A stretch of 64,000 nt of DNA. It comes from Candidatus Eiseniibacteriota bacterium (GTDB taxonomy: Bacteria > Eisenbacteria > RBG-16-71-46 > JABDJR01). Where the stretch lies: the NCBI GenBank assembly GCA_963728475.1, contig CAVSKL010000004.1:437840-501839 (forward strand), given 5' to 3'. Of this stretch, positions 8,109 through 20,437 are shown piece after piece. The position numbers were made by a program, and so were the translations under genes. The notes beneath the pieces were generated by a model. That model did not search any database. It was not told the DNA's origin and saw only the letters and a program-made list of their open reading frames with translations. Positions within the stretch are counted from its first letter, which is position 1. Each line of letters opens with the position of its first letter.

Positions 8109-10024
8109 ATGTCCTATCTCGTTCTGGCCCGCAAGTACCGTCCGCAGGTCTTCGCCGACGTGGTGGGCCAGGAGCACGTCACCCGCACCCTGGCCAACGC
8201 CATCGCCGCCGGCCGGGTCGCTCACGCCTACCTATTCTGCGGCCCGCGCGGGGTGGGCAAGACCACCGCCGCCCGCATCCTGGCCAAGGCGCTGAACTGC
8301 GAGAAAGGCCCGGCGCCGGTTCCGTGCAACGAATGCCACCCGTGTCTCGAGATCACCGGCGGCCGGAGCATGGACGTGCTCGAGATCGACGGGGCCTCGA
8401 ACCGCGGCATCAACGAGGTGCGGGAGCTGCGCGAGAACGTGCGCTACACCCCCGCCGGCGGCCGGTCGAAGGTCTACATCATCGACGAAGTGCACATGCT
8501 CACCAACGAGGCCTTCAACGCGCTCCTGAAGACCCTCGAGGAGCCCCCCGCCCACGTGGTGTTCGTGCTCGCCACCACCGAGCCGTTCAAGCTGCCGGCC
8601 ACCATCCTCTCCCGCTGCCAGCGCTTCGACTTCGCCCGCATCCCCGCCCGCGAGATCGCCGGCCACCTGCGCCGGCTCATGGACGAGGAAGATATCAAGG
8701 CTTCCGACGACGCGCTCTCGCTGGTGGCCCGCCGCGCCGCCGGAGGGGTTCGCGATGCGCTTTCGCTCATGGATCAGATCATCTCCGCCGCCGACGGGGA
8801 CATCGATCGCGAGACGGTCGAGAACGTGCTGGGCCTGGTGGGGGCGGACTTCTATTACACCCTGCTGGACCATCTCGCCGCCGGCGACGCGGCCGGTGCG
8901 CTCACCCTGCTCGACACCATCTACACCCGGGGCGCCGATCTCGGCGAGCTCGCCGCGGGGCTGGCCGGACACCTCCGTGATCTCCTCCTGATCCGGATCG
9001 ACCCCAAAAGCCTGGCCCCGATCGTGGAAGCGCCCGAATCCGAGGTCCCGCGGCTGGAGGAACAGGCCGCCCGTTTCTCCCGGGGGACCCTGGTGGAGCT
9101 GGTCGACGGCGCCGCCGAGATCGCGGTGGCGCTCCGGCGGAGCGAGCATCCCCGGCTCACCATGGAGCTGGCTTTGGCCGAGATGGCCGAGGCGGCTCAG
9201 CGAGTGCCGCTGGGCGAACTCAGCCGGCGGCTCCTGGAACTGGAATCGCGGCTGGGCGGGGAAAGCCCGCCTCCGGACTCCCCGGCCAGGCCGCCGGCGA
9301 ATCCCCGGCGCGCGCGGTCCAACCCCTCCGGGACGCCGGGTGCCCCCGCGCCGGCCAAACCCGCCGGGGCCCCGGGCGCTTCTGCCCCGGCCATGTCTTC
9401 TCCGGGGTCCCGGGCCGCGCCGGCCCCGCGCCCGGCGTCGCCGTCCCCCCCAAGCCCGCCCCCCGGGCTCCCTCCCGGTCGAATCGGCCGGCGGGGGAGG
9501 AGCCGGCCGGCGATGAACCCCCGGCTCCGGAGTCGCGGGCCGAGGCCTCGGGCGGGGCCGCGGAGCTGTGGGAGGCCTGCCTGGGCGCCCTGAAGGAACG
9601 AAACAAACGACTGTGGGCCACCTGCCACCACGCGGTCGCGACCGGGTTCGCGGCGGACGGGGGGCTGGTGCTCCGGGCGCGGACCGCGGCCTCGATTCTC
9701 GCCCACGCCCTGGACGAGGAGGACGCGCGGAACCTCCTGGGCGAGATCCTCGCCGCCGCCGGCGCGGCCAGCTCTACGGTGTGGATGGAGGGCCGGGCCC
9801 CTCGTGCGGCGGCGAAAGCGGCCGCGGAAGCGGACGCGAAAGCGGCTACCGCCCCGGACGAGCCGCCCGGCGGGGAAGGCGACGCCCGCGAGCCGGCTCC
9901 GGAGCGGTCCGCTCCCGCCTCCCCGGCCCCGGACCAGGACGCCCGCAGCATGGGGCAGCTGTTCAAGGACGAGCCGATGTTGCAGAAGGCCATCGACCTC
10001 TTCGACGGGGAAGTCCTGCCTTAG
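8109..10024 (+). CDS. dnaX: DNA polymerase III subunit tau/gamma, reading frame discontinuous near 9440-9480
   Basis: Walker A GPRGVGKTT, zinc module CNECHPC and sensor SRCQRFDF sit in the 8109 frame, which ends at 9593. A conserved C-terminal domain (AELWEACLGALKERNKRLW...LFKDEPMLQKAIDLFDGEV) is open in the -1 frame from before ~9470 to 10024. Confidence 0.8.
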
Positions 10025-10057
10025 GACCCCGCCGCCAACCAAGGAGACCGCGAGCGC

Positions 10058-10384
10058 ATGAAGGGAATGGGAGACCTCAACAAGCTGATGAAGCAGGCCC
10101 AGGAGATGCAGGCCCGGATGGCCCAGGTCCAGGAGGATCTGGGGCGGCGCGAGGTCGAGGCCACCGCCGGGGGCGGCATGGTCACGGTGCGCATGAACGG
10201 GAAGCAGGAACTCCTCGCGGTCCAGATCAAGCCGGAAGCGGTGGATCCCGACGACGTGGAGATGCTGGAGGACCTGGTCACCGCCGCCTTCCGTGAGGCC
10301 CACAAGAAGGCCGAGGACCTGATGCAGAGTGAGATGGCCAAGGTGACCGGCGGCATGGGCCCCGGCATGCCCGGCCTCTTCTAG
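10058..10384 (+). CDS. ybaB: nucleoid-associated protein YbaB/EbfC
   Basis: 108 aa with characteristic MKGMGDLNKLMKQAQEMQ...VTVRMNGKQELLAVQI. Conserved position between dnaX and recR. Confidence 0.9.
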   Translation: MKGMGDLNKLMKQAQEMQARMAQVQEDLGRREVEATAGGGMVTVRMNGKQELLAVQIKPEAVDPDDVEMLEDLVTAAFREAHKKAEDLMQSEMAKVTGGMGPGMPGLF

Positions 10385-10399
10385 GCTCCGCCCCCGTCC

Positions 10400-11017
10400 A
10401 TGCAGTTCTCCAGCCGATCCGTCGAGAACCTAGTGGAGGAGCTGACCAAGCTCCCCGGAGTGGGGCGGAAGAGCGCCCAACGCCTGGCTTTCTTCCTGCT
10501 CAAATCCTCCCGCGAGGAAGCGCTCGGCCTGGCCGAGGCCATCCGCGCGGTCAAGGAGCAGGTGCGTACCTGCTCGGTGTGCGGCAACTTCACCGAGGAC
10601 GATCCCTGCCTCATCTGCCGGGACGAGAAGCGTGCCCGCGACGTGGTGTGCGTGGTAGAGCAGCCCATGGACGTGCTCGCGGTCGAGGCTTCGGGCGGGT
10701 TCCGCGGGCAGTATCACGTGTTGCGGGGCGCCCTCAACCCGCTCGAGAACATGGGGCCCGACGACATCCGCGCCCGCGAGCTGGTGGACCGCCTCCGCTA
10801 CGGTGAAGTGCGCGAGGTGATCCTGGCCACCAACCCCAACCCGCCCGGTGAGGCCACCGCGCACTTCCTCGCCGACCTCCTGAGGCCGTTGCCGGTCAAG
10901 GTCACCCGCATCGCCCGGGGGATCCCGGTGGGGGGGGACCTGGAGTATTCGGACCAGGCCACGCTGGCCCGCGCGCTCCAGGGCCGGAAGCGCATGGACG
11001 AGGAGGAGGCGGAGTAG
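10400..11017 (+). CDS. recR: recombination protein RecR
   Basis: HhH (KLPGVGRKSAQRLAFFLL), C4 zinc finger (CSVCGNF...CLIC) and Toprim domain. Confidence 0.9.
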   Translation: MQFSSRSVENLVEELTKLPGVGRKSAQRLAFFLLKSSREEALGLAEAIRAVKEQVRTCSVCGNFTEDDPCLICRDEKRARDVVCVVEQPMDVLAVEASGGFRGQYHVLRGALNPLENMGPDDIRARELVDRLRYGEVREVILATNPNPPGEATAHFLADLLRPLPVKVTRIARGIPVGGDLEYSDQATLARALQGRKRMDEEEAE

Positions 11018-11170
11018 CGGGCGACGCCGTGGACCGGGGGGCGGTTCCGCCCCGTCCGTGCTAGAGTCTCGGCCGATGTTGCTCCACGCCTCTCTCCCAT
11101 ATCGCGCGGCACGTGCACGTCGCGCGGCGGCGGTTGGGCCCGGGTCCGGCGCTCCCGCTCCGAGGCCTCG

Positions 11171-11680
11171 GTGAAACGGACGCCCGCCGCGGGGACACCC
11201 TTGGGGGTGCGTCTCGCCGCCACCTTCTTTCTGATCGGGGAGGCCGCCCCCTTTGCTCCCGCCACCTTCGGCTCGGCGGCCACCCTGCCGTTCATCTTCC
11301 TCTACGCGGGCCGCCCGCTCTGGATCCAGATCGCGGTGCTGGCGGTGGTGACCTGGATCGCAGTGGTGGTGAGCGGGATGGCGGAGCGCCACTACGGCCA
11401 CGACGCCAAGGCGATCGTGGTGGACGAGGTGGCGGGCATGCTGGTGACCTTCGCCGGGGTACCGTGGCTGGGGCACTGGCAGGGGAACCTGCTGCTCTGC
11501 TTCTACGGATTTCTGCTTTTCCGGATCCTGGACGTGGTCAAGCCCTTCCCCGCGGGCAGGGCCCAGGATCTTCCCGGCGGGATCGGGGTGGTGGCCGACG
11601 ACGTCATGGCCGGCCTCTACGCCAACCTGGCCCTCCGGGTGCTGCTCCGGGTGTTCGGGGGAATGGGAACGGGGCTCTAG
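11171..11680 (+). CDS. pgpA: phosphatidylglycerophosphatase A
   Basis: PgpA motifs VVDEVAGM and ILDVVKPFP, plus a hydrophobic profile. Confidence 0.75.
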   Translation: MKRTPAAGTPLGVRLAATFFLIGEAAPFAPATFGSAATLPFIFLYAGRPLWIQIAVLAVVTWIAVVVSGMAERHYGHDAKAIVVDEVAGMLVTFAGVPWLGHWQGNLLLCFYGFLLFRILDVVKPFPAGRAQDLPGGIGVVADDVMAGLYANLALRVLLRVFGGMGTGL

Positions 11681-11704
11681 CCCCCCGCGGACGAGGAGGG
11701 AGCG

Positions 11705-12061
11705 ATGACGCGAGCGGCGGGGATCACCGGGATGCTGCTGGGGGCGATCGCCCTGGTTTGGGGGCTCACCACGGGGGCGGGGTCGGCGGCCATGGTGGAA
11801 GGGGTCGCGGTCGGTGGGGTCGTGCTGGTTCTATCCGCCCTCACGCTCCTCCGGACGGTGTGGGCCGAGATCGTGCTGGCCGCGGCCGGTCTCGCCGTCC
11901 TCTCCCGGTTCCTACCCCATTATTTCCAGACCTATCGCATGTGGCCGGACCTGCCGCTCCTGCTGCTCGGGTCCTTCACCTTCGGACTGGCTCTCCTCGG
12001 CCTTCTCATGGACCGGGTGCGTCCGGAAAACGGGGGGCGGGAGCGCCGGTCTCACTTGTGA
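11705..12061 (+). CDS. hypothetical small integral membrane protein
   Basis: 118 aa with 3-4 predicted TM helices and no motifs. Confidence 0.5.
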   Translation: MTRAAGITGMLLGAIALVWGLTTGAGSAAMVEGVAVGGVVLVLSALTLLRTVWAEIVLAAAGLAVLSRFLPHYFQTYRMWPDLPLLLLGSFTFGLALLGLLMDRVRPENGGRERRSHL

Positions 12062-12078
12062 ATTTCCTCACAAAGTTG

Positions 12079-12107
12079 CTGACAGGCCGGGCCCGGATCG
12101 GTATGAT
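12079..12107 (+). promoter_or_regulatory. candidate sigma70 promoter (CTGACA-17-TATGAT) in the lower-GC leader upstream of the ACIII operon
   Basis: TTGCTGACA at 12076-12084, a 17-nt spacer, TATGAT at 12102-12107. It lies ~450 nt upstream of the actA start. Confidence 0.4.
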
Positions 12108-12553
12108 GCGCGCTTGGTCAGGCTGAACGACCGTTGTCATCCCCGGTTCGGTCCGTTTCAACTCATTGATCGGTAAGGACTTGGGGGACAGGAACGACAA
12201 AGGGGCGGATTTGGATTATCCAATCTTTGTCATCCTGCCGAATTCCGGACTCCTATACCCTGCCCGGGTCGGAGCCTCGGAAGGGGACGGTGGTTGGGTC
12301 GTAGTCTGCTAGACGACGGTTTTTGTCACCAATCCGGCGCCGGACGCTGAGTCCGGAGCGGCCGGATCGAGCGGCTGGCCTCCGGTCCATCCCGACGGCC
12401 CGGGACCCATGCCGCCCGCCGGGATTCCCGGGCGATGCGCCCTCCCCGGGGAGGGGCCGCCCCGCGCCGGACAAGGACCCGTGGACGAGGGGGGGACGCG
12501 CCGGTTTCCGCGCGCCCGCTCCCGCCGAGGGTCGGGAGGTTTGGAAACCCGCG

Positions 12554-13198
12554 ATGTTGTTTCCGAAATGGATGAACCGGGCTCCCTTCATCGCCGGGGG
12601 CGCCGGAACCCTGCTCTTCGTCGGTGTGATCGTCGCCTTCATCTACTTCATGTCGCCCTATAACACCCAGGTCGGGTACTCCCCCGAGCAACCGGTCCCC
12701 TATAGCCACAAGCTGCACGCGGGCGACCTGGGAATCGACTGCCGCTACTGCCATGCCGCGGTCGAGCGTTCGGCGGTGGCCATGGTTCCGCCCACTCAGA
12801 CCTGTATGAACTGCCACAAGCTCATCAAACCCGACAGCCCCAAGCTGCTCCCGGTCCGCGAGAGTTGGGCCACCGGCAATCCGGTGACGTGGACCCGGGT
12901 CCATCACGCTCCCGACTTCGTCTACTTCAACCACAGCATCCACGTGAACTCGGGGGTGGGCTGCGAGAGCTGCCACGGCCGGATCGACCAGATGGAGCGC
13001 GTGTTCCAGGCCAAGCCGCTGAACATGGCCTGGTGCCTGGACTGCCACCGCCATCCCGAGAAGTTTCTGCGGCCCAAGGACCAGGTGACGACCATGGGCT
13101 ACCGGCCCGCGGGGGGCGACCAGATCGCCGAGGGGTTGAAGCTGGTCCAGGCCTACGACATTCATCCCACCACCAACTGCTCGGGGTGCCACCGATGA
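12554..13198 (+). CDS. actA: Alternative Complex III pentaheme cytochrome c subunit ActA
   Basis: N-terminal TM anchor and five CxxCH motifs (CRYCH, CMNCH, CESCH, CLDCH, CSGCH). The stop overlaps the actB start (ATGA). Confidence 0.85.
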   Translation: MLFPKWMNRAPFIAGGAGTLLFVGVIVAFIYFMSPYNTQVGYSPEQPVPYSHKLHAGDLGIDCRYCHAAVERSAVAMVPPTQTCMNCHKLIKPDSPKLLPVRESWATGNPVTWTRVHHAPDFVYFNHSIHVNSGVGCESCHGRIDQMERVFQAKPLNMAWCLDCHRHPEKFLRPKDQVTTMGYRPAGGDQIAEGLKLVQAYDIHPTTNCSGCHR

Positions 13199-16100
13199 GC
13201 GATACCCTGCCGACCCGCACGCCCGCCTCCGCCGGCAAGGAGTACTGGCGGAGCATGGACGAGCTGGAGGACACGCCCGAGTTCCGCCGCCACCTGGAAC
13301 GCGAGTTCCCTTCCGCGGTGGAGCGAATCACCGACGCGGTCTCCCGCCGCCATTTCATCGGGCTCATGGGCGCGGCCATCGCCCTCTCCGGAGTGGTGGG
13401 TTGCCGGCGGCCCCTGGCGCGGATCCTCCCCTACACCAAGCTTCCCGAGGATCTCCTCCCCGGCGTGCCCCAGCAGTACGCCACCGTGATGCCCTTCCGC
13501 GGGGTGGGCGAGGGGCTCCTGGTCACCAGCAACGAGGGCCGCCCCACCAAGATCGAGGGCAACCCCAGCCACCCGTCGAGCCTCGGCGCCACTCACGTGT
13601 GGGCGCAGGCCGCCACCCTGGAACTCTACGATCCGGAGCGGGCCAAGACCCCGCGCCGGAAGGGGAACGACGCCACCTGGGACCAGTTCACCGGCTGGGC
13701 GCTTCCCCGGATGAAGGAGCTGCGCGCCGACGGCGGGAAGGGCTTGCGCATCCTCGCCGAGGCCTCGGCGTCCCCCGCGCTGGCCGCGATGCGGGACGAA
13801 TTCCTGGCCGCCTATCCCCAGGCCGAATGGCAGGTCTACGAGCCGTTGAACCGCGACAACGCGCTGGAGGGGAGCCGGATCGCGTTCGGGAAACCGCTCC
13901 GTACCCAGCTATTGCTCGACCAGGCCGACGTGATCGTCTCCCTGGACTCCGACTTCCTCTACACCGAACCCAACTCGGTGCGGGTGGCCCGCGACTACGC
14001 TTCGCGCCGGCGCACGGCGTCGGAGAAGGACCGGCTCAGCCGTCACTACCAGATCGAGAGCGCGTTCTCGGTGACCGGCACCATGGCCGACCACCGGCTC
14101 CGCGCCACTCACGCGCGGGTGGGGGTGCTGGGCCGGGCCCTGGCCGCGGAGCTGGCCGGGCTCGGGGCGGATCTCCGGGGATACTCCGCCGGAACCCCCT
14201 CGGGCCTCTCCGCGCCCGAGGCCCGGTTCGTGAAGGCGGTGGCCAAGGATCTGGCCGCCCGGCCCGGCCGGGCGGTGGTGCTGGTGGGGGGAGGGCAGCC
14301 CGCCGAACTCCACGCGCTGGGTCACGTGTTGAACCGCGCGCTGGGGGCGGTGGGCCCGGTGGTCCGCTACACCGTCGAGCCCGAGCCCGAGGGACAGACC
14401 GCCGGCCTGGGCCGGCTCGCCGCCGACATGAAGGCGGGACGGGTGGACACCCTGTTCGTCCTGGGCGGGAACCCCGCCTACAACGCCCCCGCGGATCTGG
14501 ACTTCGCCGGAGCCCTGGGCAAGGTCCCCCACGTGGTGCGTCTCGGGCTCTATCACGACGAGACCGGGGACGGCGCGGAGTGGGAGCTGCCCAAGGCGCA
14601 CTTCCTGGAGAGCTGGGGCGACAACCTCGCCTGGGACGGGACGCTGGCGGTCCAGCAGCCGCTCATCGCCCCCCTCTACGAGGGGAAGAGCGAGATCGAG
14701 TTGCTGGCCCTGGTCCTCGACCGCGCCAACCAGGACGGCCACGACATCCTGCAGGAGCTCTACGCCGCGAGATGGGGCGCCCTGGGGGTGAGCGACAAGT
14801 GGCGGAAGACCCTCAGCGACGGCCTGGTGGAGGGCAGCGCCTACCCCGAGATTCCGGCGACCCCGGACGGCGGCGCCGCCGCGCGGGCCGGGGCCGCCCG
14901 GAAGGCCGATCCCGAGGGGTTGGAGATCGTGTTCCGCGCCGATCACTGCGTGTGGGATGGGCGCTGGGCCAACAGCGGCTGGCTCCAGGAGCTTCCCGAC
15001 AACCTTACCAAGATGGTGTGGGACAACGCGGCCCTGGTGAGCCCGGCCACCGCCCGGGAGCTCGGGGTCAAGACCGGCGACGTGATCCGGATCGGGGCCT
15101 CGGACCGGTCGCTGGAGATCGCGGTATGGATCGCCCCCGGCCACGCCGACCGGACCCTGACTCTCCCGCTCGGCTACGGGCGCACCAAGGCCGGGCGGAT
15201 CGGCGGAATGAAGGGCGACGCCGACAAGCCGAGCCCGGGATTCGACACGTATGCCCTCCGCACCGCCGGCGCCATGGACGCGGTGGGGGGGGTGACGGTC
15301 GAGAACACCGGCGGGCGCTACGAGCTGGTCTCCACCCAGACCCATTTCAGCATGGAGGACCGCCGCCTGGTGCGGGAGGCGAGCCTGGCCGAGTACCGGA
15401 AGGAACCGGACTTCGCGAGGGACGAGGAGGAGTCGGCCGAGGAGCCCCTCCACCGCGATCCCAACACCCTCTTCATCGACCGCACCTACGACTTCACCAA
15501 GGGCCACCAGTGGGGGATGTCCATCGACCTCTCCACCTGCATCGGCTGCAACGCCTGCACCGTGGCCTGCCAGTCCGAGAACAACGTGGCCATCGTGGGC
15601 AAGGACGAGGTCCGCCGCGGCCGCGAAATGCACTGGATCCGCCTCGATCGCTACTACGTGGGCGCGGAGGAGGATCCCCGGGCGGTGCAGCAGCCGCTCC
15701 CCTGCATGCAGTGCGAGAACGCCCCCTGCGAGAGCGTGTGCCCGGTCCAGGCCACCTCCCACAGCGACGAGGGGCTCAACGACATGGTCTACAACCGCTG
15801 CATCGGGACCCGGTACTGCAACAACAACTGCCCCTACAAGGTCCGGAGGTTCAACTACTTCGACTGGAACAAGGGGATGACCGAAGTCGAGAAGATGGAA
15901 AAGAACCCGGACGTGACCGTGCGCATGCGCGGGGTCATGGAGAAGTGCACCTATTGCGTGCAGCGGATCAACCGGGCCAAGATCCACGCCAAGATCGAGG
16001 GCCGCCCGGTGGCCGACGGCGAGATCGTGACCGCCTGCCAGCAGGTGTGCCCCACCCGGTCCATCGTCTTCGGCGACGTGAACGACCCCGGGACGCGGGT

Positions 16101-16217
16101 CACCGCGCTCAAGAGCCAGAACAAGGACTACGTCATCTTCGGCGACCTGGATACGAGGCCCCGCACCTCGTACCTGGCCCGGATCCGGAACCCCAACCCC
16201 GAGCTGGAGCAGGCCTG

Positions 16218-16218
<1 letters not shown>
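13195..16218 (+). CDS. actB: ACIII molybdopterin-oxidoreductase-like / Fe-S subunit ActB
   Basis: Tat signal ([12 protein letters not shown]), a large MopB-like domain, and C-terminal ferredoxin-type Cys clusters ([41 protein letters not shown]...CQQVCP). Confidence 0.9.
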
Positions 16219-17644
<1,426 letters not shown>

Positions 17645-17648
<4 letters not shown>

Positions 17649-18208
17649 GCGAGTCCAAGCACCGCCCGGTCCCTTCCACCCCCGGCCTCTACGGGGTGAT
17701 GGGGGAGTTCGAGACCACCCAGGACCTCCTCCACGCCGCCGAGCGGGTGCGGGCCAACGGGTACACCCGGGTGGACGCCTACTCGCCGTTCCCGGTGCAC
17801 GGGCTCGACCGGGTCCTGGGGACCCCCGGGTCCAAGGTGCCCTGGATCGTGCTCGGCGGGGCGATCCTGGGCTGCAGCGGAGGCCTGTGGCTCCAGTGGT
17901 GGACGGCGGCGGTGAACTACCCGATCAAGATCGCGGGCAAGCCCTACTTCTCGCTGCCCGCGTTCATCCCCGTCACCTTCGAGGCCACCATCCTCCTTTC
18001 CGCGTTCGCGGCGGTCTTCGGGATGCTGGGGCTGAACAAGCTGCCGCAGTACTACCACCCCGTGTTCAGGCATTCGACCTTCAACCGCGTCACCGACGAC
18101 CGGTTCTTCCTGGCCATCGAGTCCGACGATCCCCAGTTCGACGCGGACAAGGCGCGCCAGGTCCTGATCGCCGCCGGCGGCAAGAACGTGGAGGTGGTGG
18201 AGGGATGA
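17645..18208 (+). CDS. actD: ACIII subunit ActD (DUF3341)
   Basis: GTG start overlapping the actC stop, and conserved ActD-like sequence ([40 protein letters not shown]). Confidence 0.85.
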
Positions 18209-18825
18209 GGGCGTTCCCAGGATTGACCTTCGCCGCCGTCCTGATGCTCGTGACCGGCCTGGTCCTGGTGGAAGGGTGCGCCCGGGGCCAGCCCACCCAG
18301 AAGACCCCGGTCATGATCATCCCTGACCTGGAGTTCCAGCGGAAATTCAAGGCCCAGGAGGAGACGCCCTTCTTCGCCGACGGGCGGACCATGCGCACCC
18401 CGCCCGAGGGCACGGTCGCCCGCGGCGATGCCGAGCTGGACCACGCCTACTACGACGGCAAGGTGGGGGAGCAGGACGTTACCCGGATCCCGGTGGCGGT
18501 CACCGAGAAGCTGCTCCGCCGCGGAGAGAACCGGTTCAACATCTACTGCTCCCCCTGCCACGACCGGACCGGGCGCGGGAAGGGGATGGTGATCGGCTAC
18601 GGCTTCGTGCCGCCCCCCGACTTCCACTCCGACCGGGTCCGCGAGTTCGCGGACGGGTACATCTTCAACGTGATCACTCACGGAGTCCGGAACATGCCGG
18701 CGTACGCTCCCCAGATCCCGGTGGCCGACCGGTGGGCCATCGTGGCCTACCTGCGGGCGCTCCAGCTCAGCCAGAACGCACCCCTGTCGGACGTCCCTCC
18801 CGACGTCCGCAACCAGCTGAAGTAG
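18205..18825 (+). CDS. actE: ACIII monoheme cytochrome c subunit ActE
   Basis: Lipoprotein-like signal (LVEGC) and a single CSPCH haem motif. The start overlaps the actD stop. Confidence 0.85.
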   Translation: MRAFPGLTFAAVLMLVTGLVLVEGCARGQPTQKTPVMIIPDLEFQRKFKAQEETPFFADGRTMRTPPEGTVARGDAELDHAYYDGKVGEQDVTRIPVAVTEKLLRRGENRFNIYCSPCHDRTGRGKGMVIGYGFVPPPDFHSDRVREFADGYIFNVITHGVRNMPAYAPQIPVADRWAIVAYLRALQLSQNAPLSDVPPDVRNQLK

Positions 18826-18829
18826 GACA

Positions 18830-20032
18830 GTGGCTCATCGACTCAACCGATCGGATTCGTTTCAGGTGTCCCCGGGGGGCTGGCGGGCGGGACGCACCCT
18901 GCTCGCGGCGGCGGCGGTGGCGGGGCTGGCCCTGGCCGCGGTCGGCTTCGCCGTGAACCGGGAGCAGTTCTTCTTCTCCTACCTCACCGCCTTCGTGTTC
19001 TGGGTGATGGTGGCGCTGGGAGCGATCTTTTTCGTGCTGGTGAACCATCTCGCCCGCGCGGGATGGAGCGTGGTGGTGCGCCGCCTGGCCGAGACCGCCG
19101 GCGCCGCCATGCCGGTCTTCCTCCTCCTGTTCCTGCCGCTGGTGGCCGGCCTCGGAGTGCTCTACAAGTGGGCGGATCCCTCGGTGGTGGCCCGGGACCC
19201 GTTGCTTCAGCACAAGGCCCCGTTCCTCAACGTGCCCTTCTTCCTGATCCGGGCGGCGCTCTACATCGGGATCTGGTCGCTCATCGCCCGCTACTTCCTC
19301 CGCCGCTCGGTGGCGCAGGACGAGAGCGGCGACCCCATGACCACGGTGGTGCTACAACGGCGCGCCGCCCCCGCCGTCGCGGTCTACGCGATCACCGTGA
19401 CCCTCATGTCCTTCGACTGGCTGATGTCGCTCACCCCCCGCTGGTATTCGACCATCTTCGGGGTGTACGTCTGGAGCGGGGGAGTCCTGGGCGCGCTGGC
19501 GCTCCTGGTTCTTGCCTCGGTCGCGCTGCGCCGGGGCGGGTACCTGACCCATACCATCCGCATCGACCACTTCCAGGACCTGGGCCGGCTGCTCTTCGCA
19601 TTTACCGTGTTCTGGGCCTACATCGCGTACTCCCAGTACATGCTCATCTGGTACGGGAACCTTCCCGAGGAGACGAGCTACTTCCGGCCCCGCATCGAGG
19701 GGAGCTGGGGACACATCGGGGTGCTGCTCATCCTCGGCCACTTCTTCGTCCCCTTCGCGATCTTCATGTCCCGCTGGGTGAAACGGCGCCCGGTCCTGGT
19801 GGCGGCGGGGGCGCTGTGGGTGCTGCTCATGGAGTACCTGGACGTCTTCTGGATGTCCGCGCCCACGCTGCATCCGCACGGGTTCACCTTCTCCTGGATC
19901 GACGCCGCTTGCGTGGTGGGGATCGGCGGGGTGTACCTCTCGGTGTTCGCGGCGATGCTGGCGCGGCAAGCCCTTGTTCCCGCTGGAGATCCACGGTTGC
20001 CCGAGTCGCTGGCGGTGGAGCACGCGTACTGA
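18830..20032 (+). CDS. actF: ACIII second NrfD-like membrane subunit ActF
   Basis: Polytopic membrane protein paralogous to ActC, immediately after actE. Confidence 0.85.
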   Translation: MAHRLNRSDSFQVSPGGWRAGRTLLAAAAVAGLALAAVGFAVNREQFFFSYLTAFVFWVMVALGAIFFVLVNHLARAGWSVVVRRLAETAGAAMPVFLLLFLPLVAGLGVLYKWADPSVVARDPLLQHKAPFLNVPFFLIRAALYIGIWSLIARYFLRRSVAQDESGDPMTTVVLQRRAAPAVAVYAITVTLMSFDWLMSLTPRWYSTIFGVYVWSGGVLGALALLVLASVALRRGGYLTHTIRIDHFQDLGRLLFAFTVFWAYIAYSQYMLIWYGNLPEETSYFRPRIEGSWGHIGVLLILGHFFVPFAIFMSRWVKRRPVLVAAGALWVLLMEYLDVFWMSAPTLHPHGFTFSWIDAACVVGIGGVYLSVFAAMLARQALVPAGDPRLPESLAVEHAY

Positions 20033-20105
20033 GATGATCCGGGGCCGGCGGCTCCGGGCGTGACGCCGGCCGGGGTTCCGGCGTCCCTGCAGGAGGAAGA
20101 GAGTC

Positions 20106-20435
20106 ATGGCGGAACAGGTCTCGAGGACTCCCCGCACCGGTTGGATCTTCGTCTCCGGCATGGTGGCGTTCGTTCTGCTCGCATCTTCATTGGCGTGGTT
20201 GCATTCGTTCTTCGAGGTGACCCGCAATCGCGAGGTCTACGAGAAGGTGCTTTCGGTCCAGAACACCAATCTCCGGGACCTGCGGGCGGGGGAGGACACC
20301 GTCCTCAACTCCTACGGGTGGGTGGACCAGCAGAAGGGCATCGTCCACATTCCCATCGACCGGGCCATCGAGATCATGGCCAAGGAGGGCCGGGAGGGGC
20401 CGGGCCCGGACAAGAACTCAACGCAAGGAGGTTGA
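20106..20435 (+). CDS. hypothetical single-TM protein between ACIII and SCO1/oxidase genes (possible ActG-like accessory subunit)
   Basis: 109 aa with one TM helix (WIFVSGMVAFVLLASSLAWL) and a soluble tail. Same strand and tightly spaced within the ACIII-cox cluster. Slightly lower GC than its neighbours. Confidence 0.5.
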   Translation: MAEQVSRTPRTGWIFVSGMVAFVLLASSLAWLHSFFEVTRNREVYEKVLSVQNTNLRDLRAGEDTVLNSYGWVDQQKGIVHIPIDRAIEIMAKEGREGPGPDKNSTQGG

Positions 20436-20437
20436 TC

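Noticed and set aside
8109-9593. Programmed -1 ribosomal frameshift in dnaX, as in E. coli.
   Set aside because: No A-AAA-AAG-type slippery heptamer. Here the shift is required to obtain the conserved C-terminus rather than to truncate. A second gene (PPIase) is also broken at a homopolymer, so sequencing error is more parsimonious.
13909-15987. Long minus-strand ORFs antisense to real genes. Examples: 13909..15987, 16128..17606, 22304..24016, 42680..45856, 53023..55182, 26604..27497.
   Set aside because: They have Arg/Gly/Pro/His-rich low-complexity translations with no motifs. They sit antisense to well-supported genes (actB, actC, coxA, alaS, hppA). This is a typical stop-codon-poor artefact of very GC-rich DNA.
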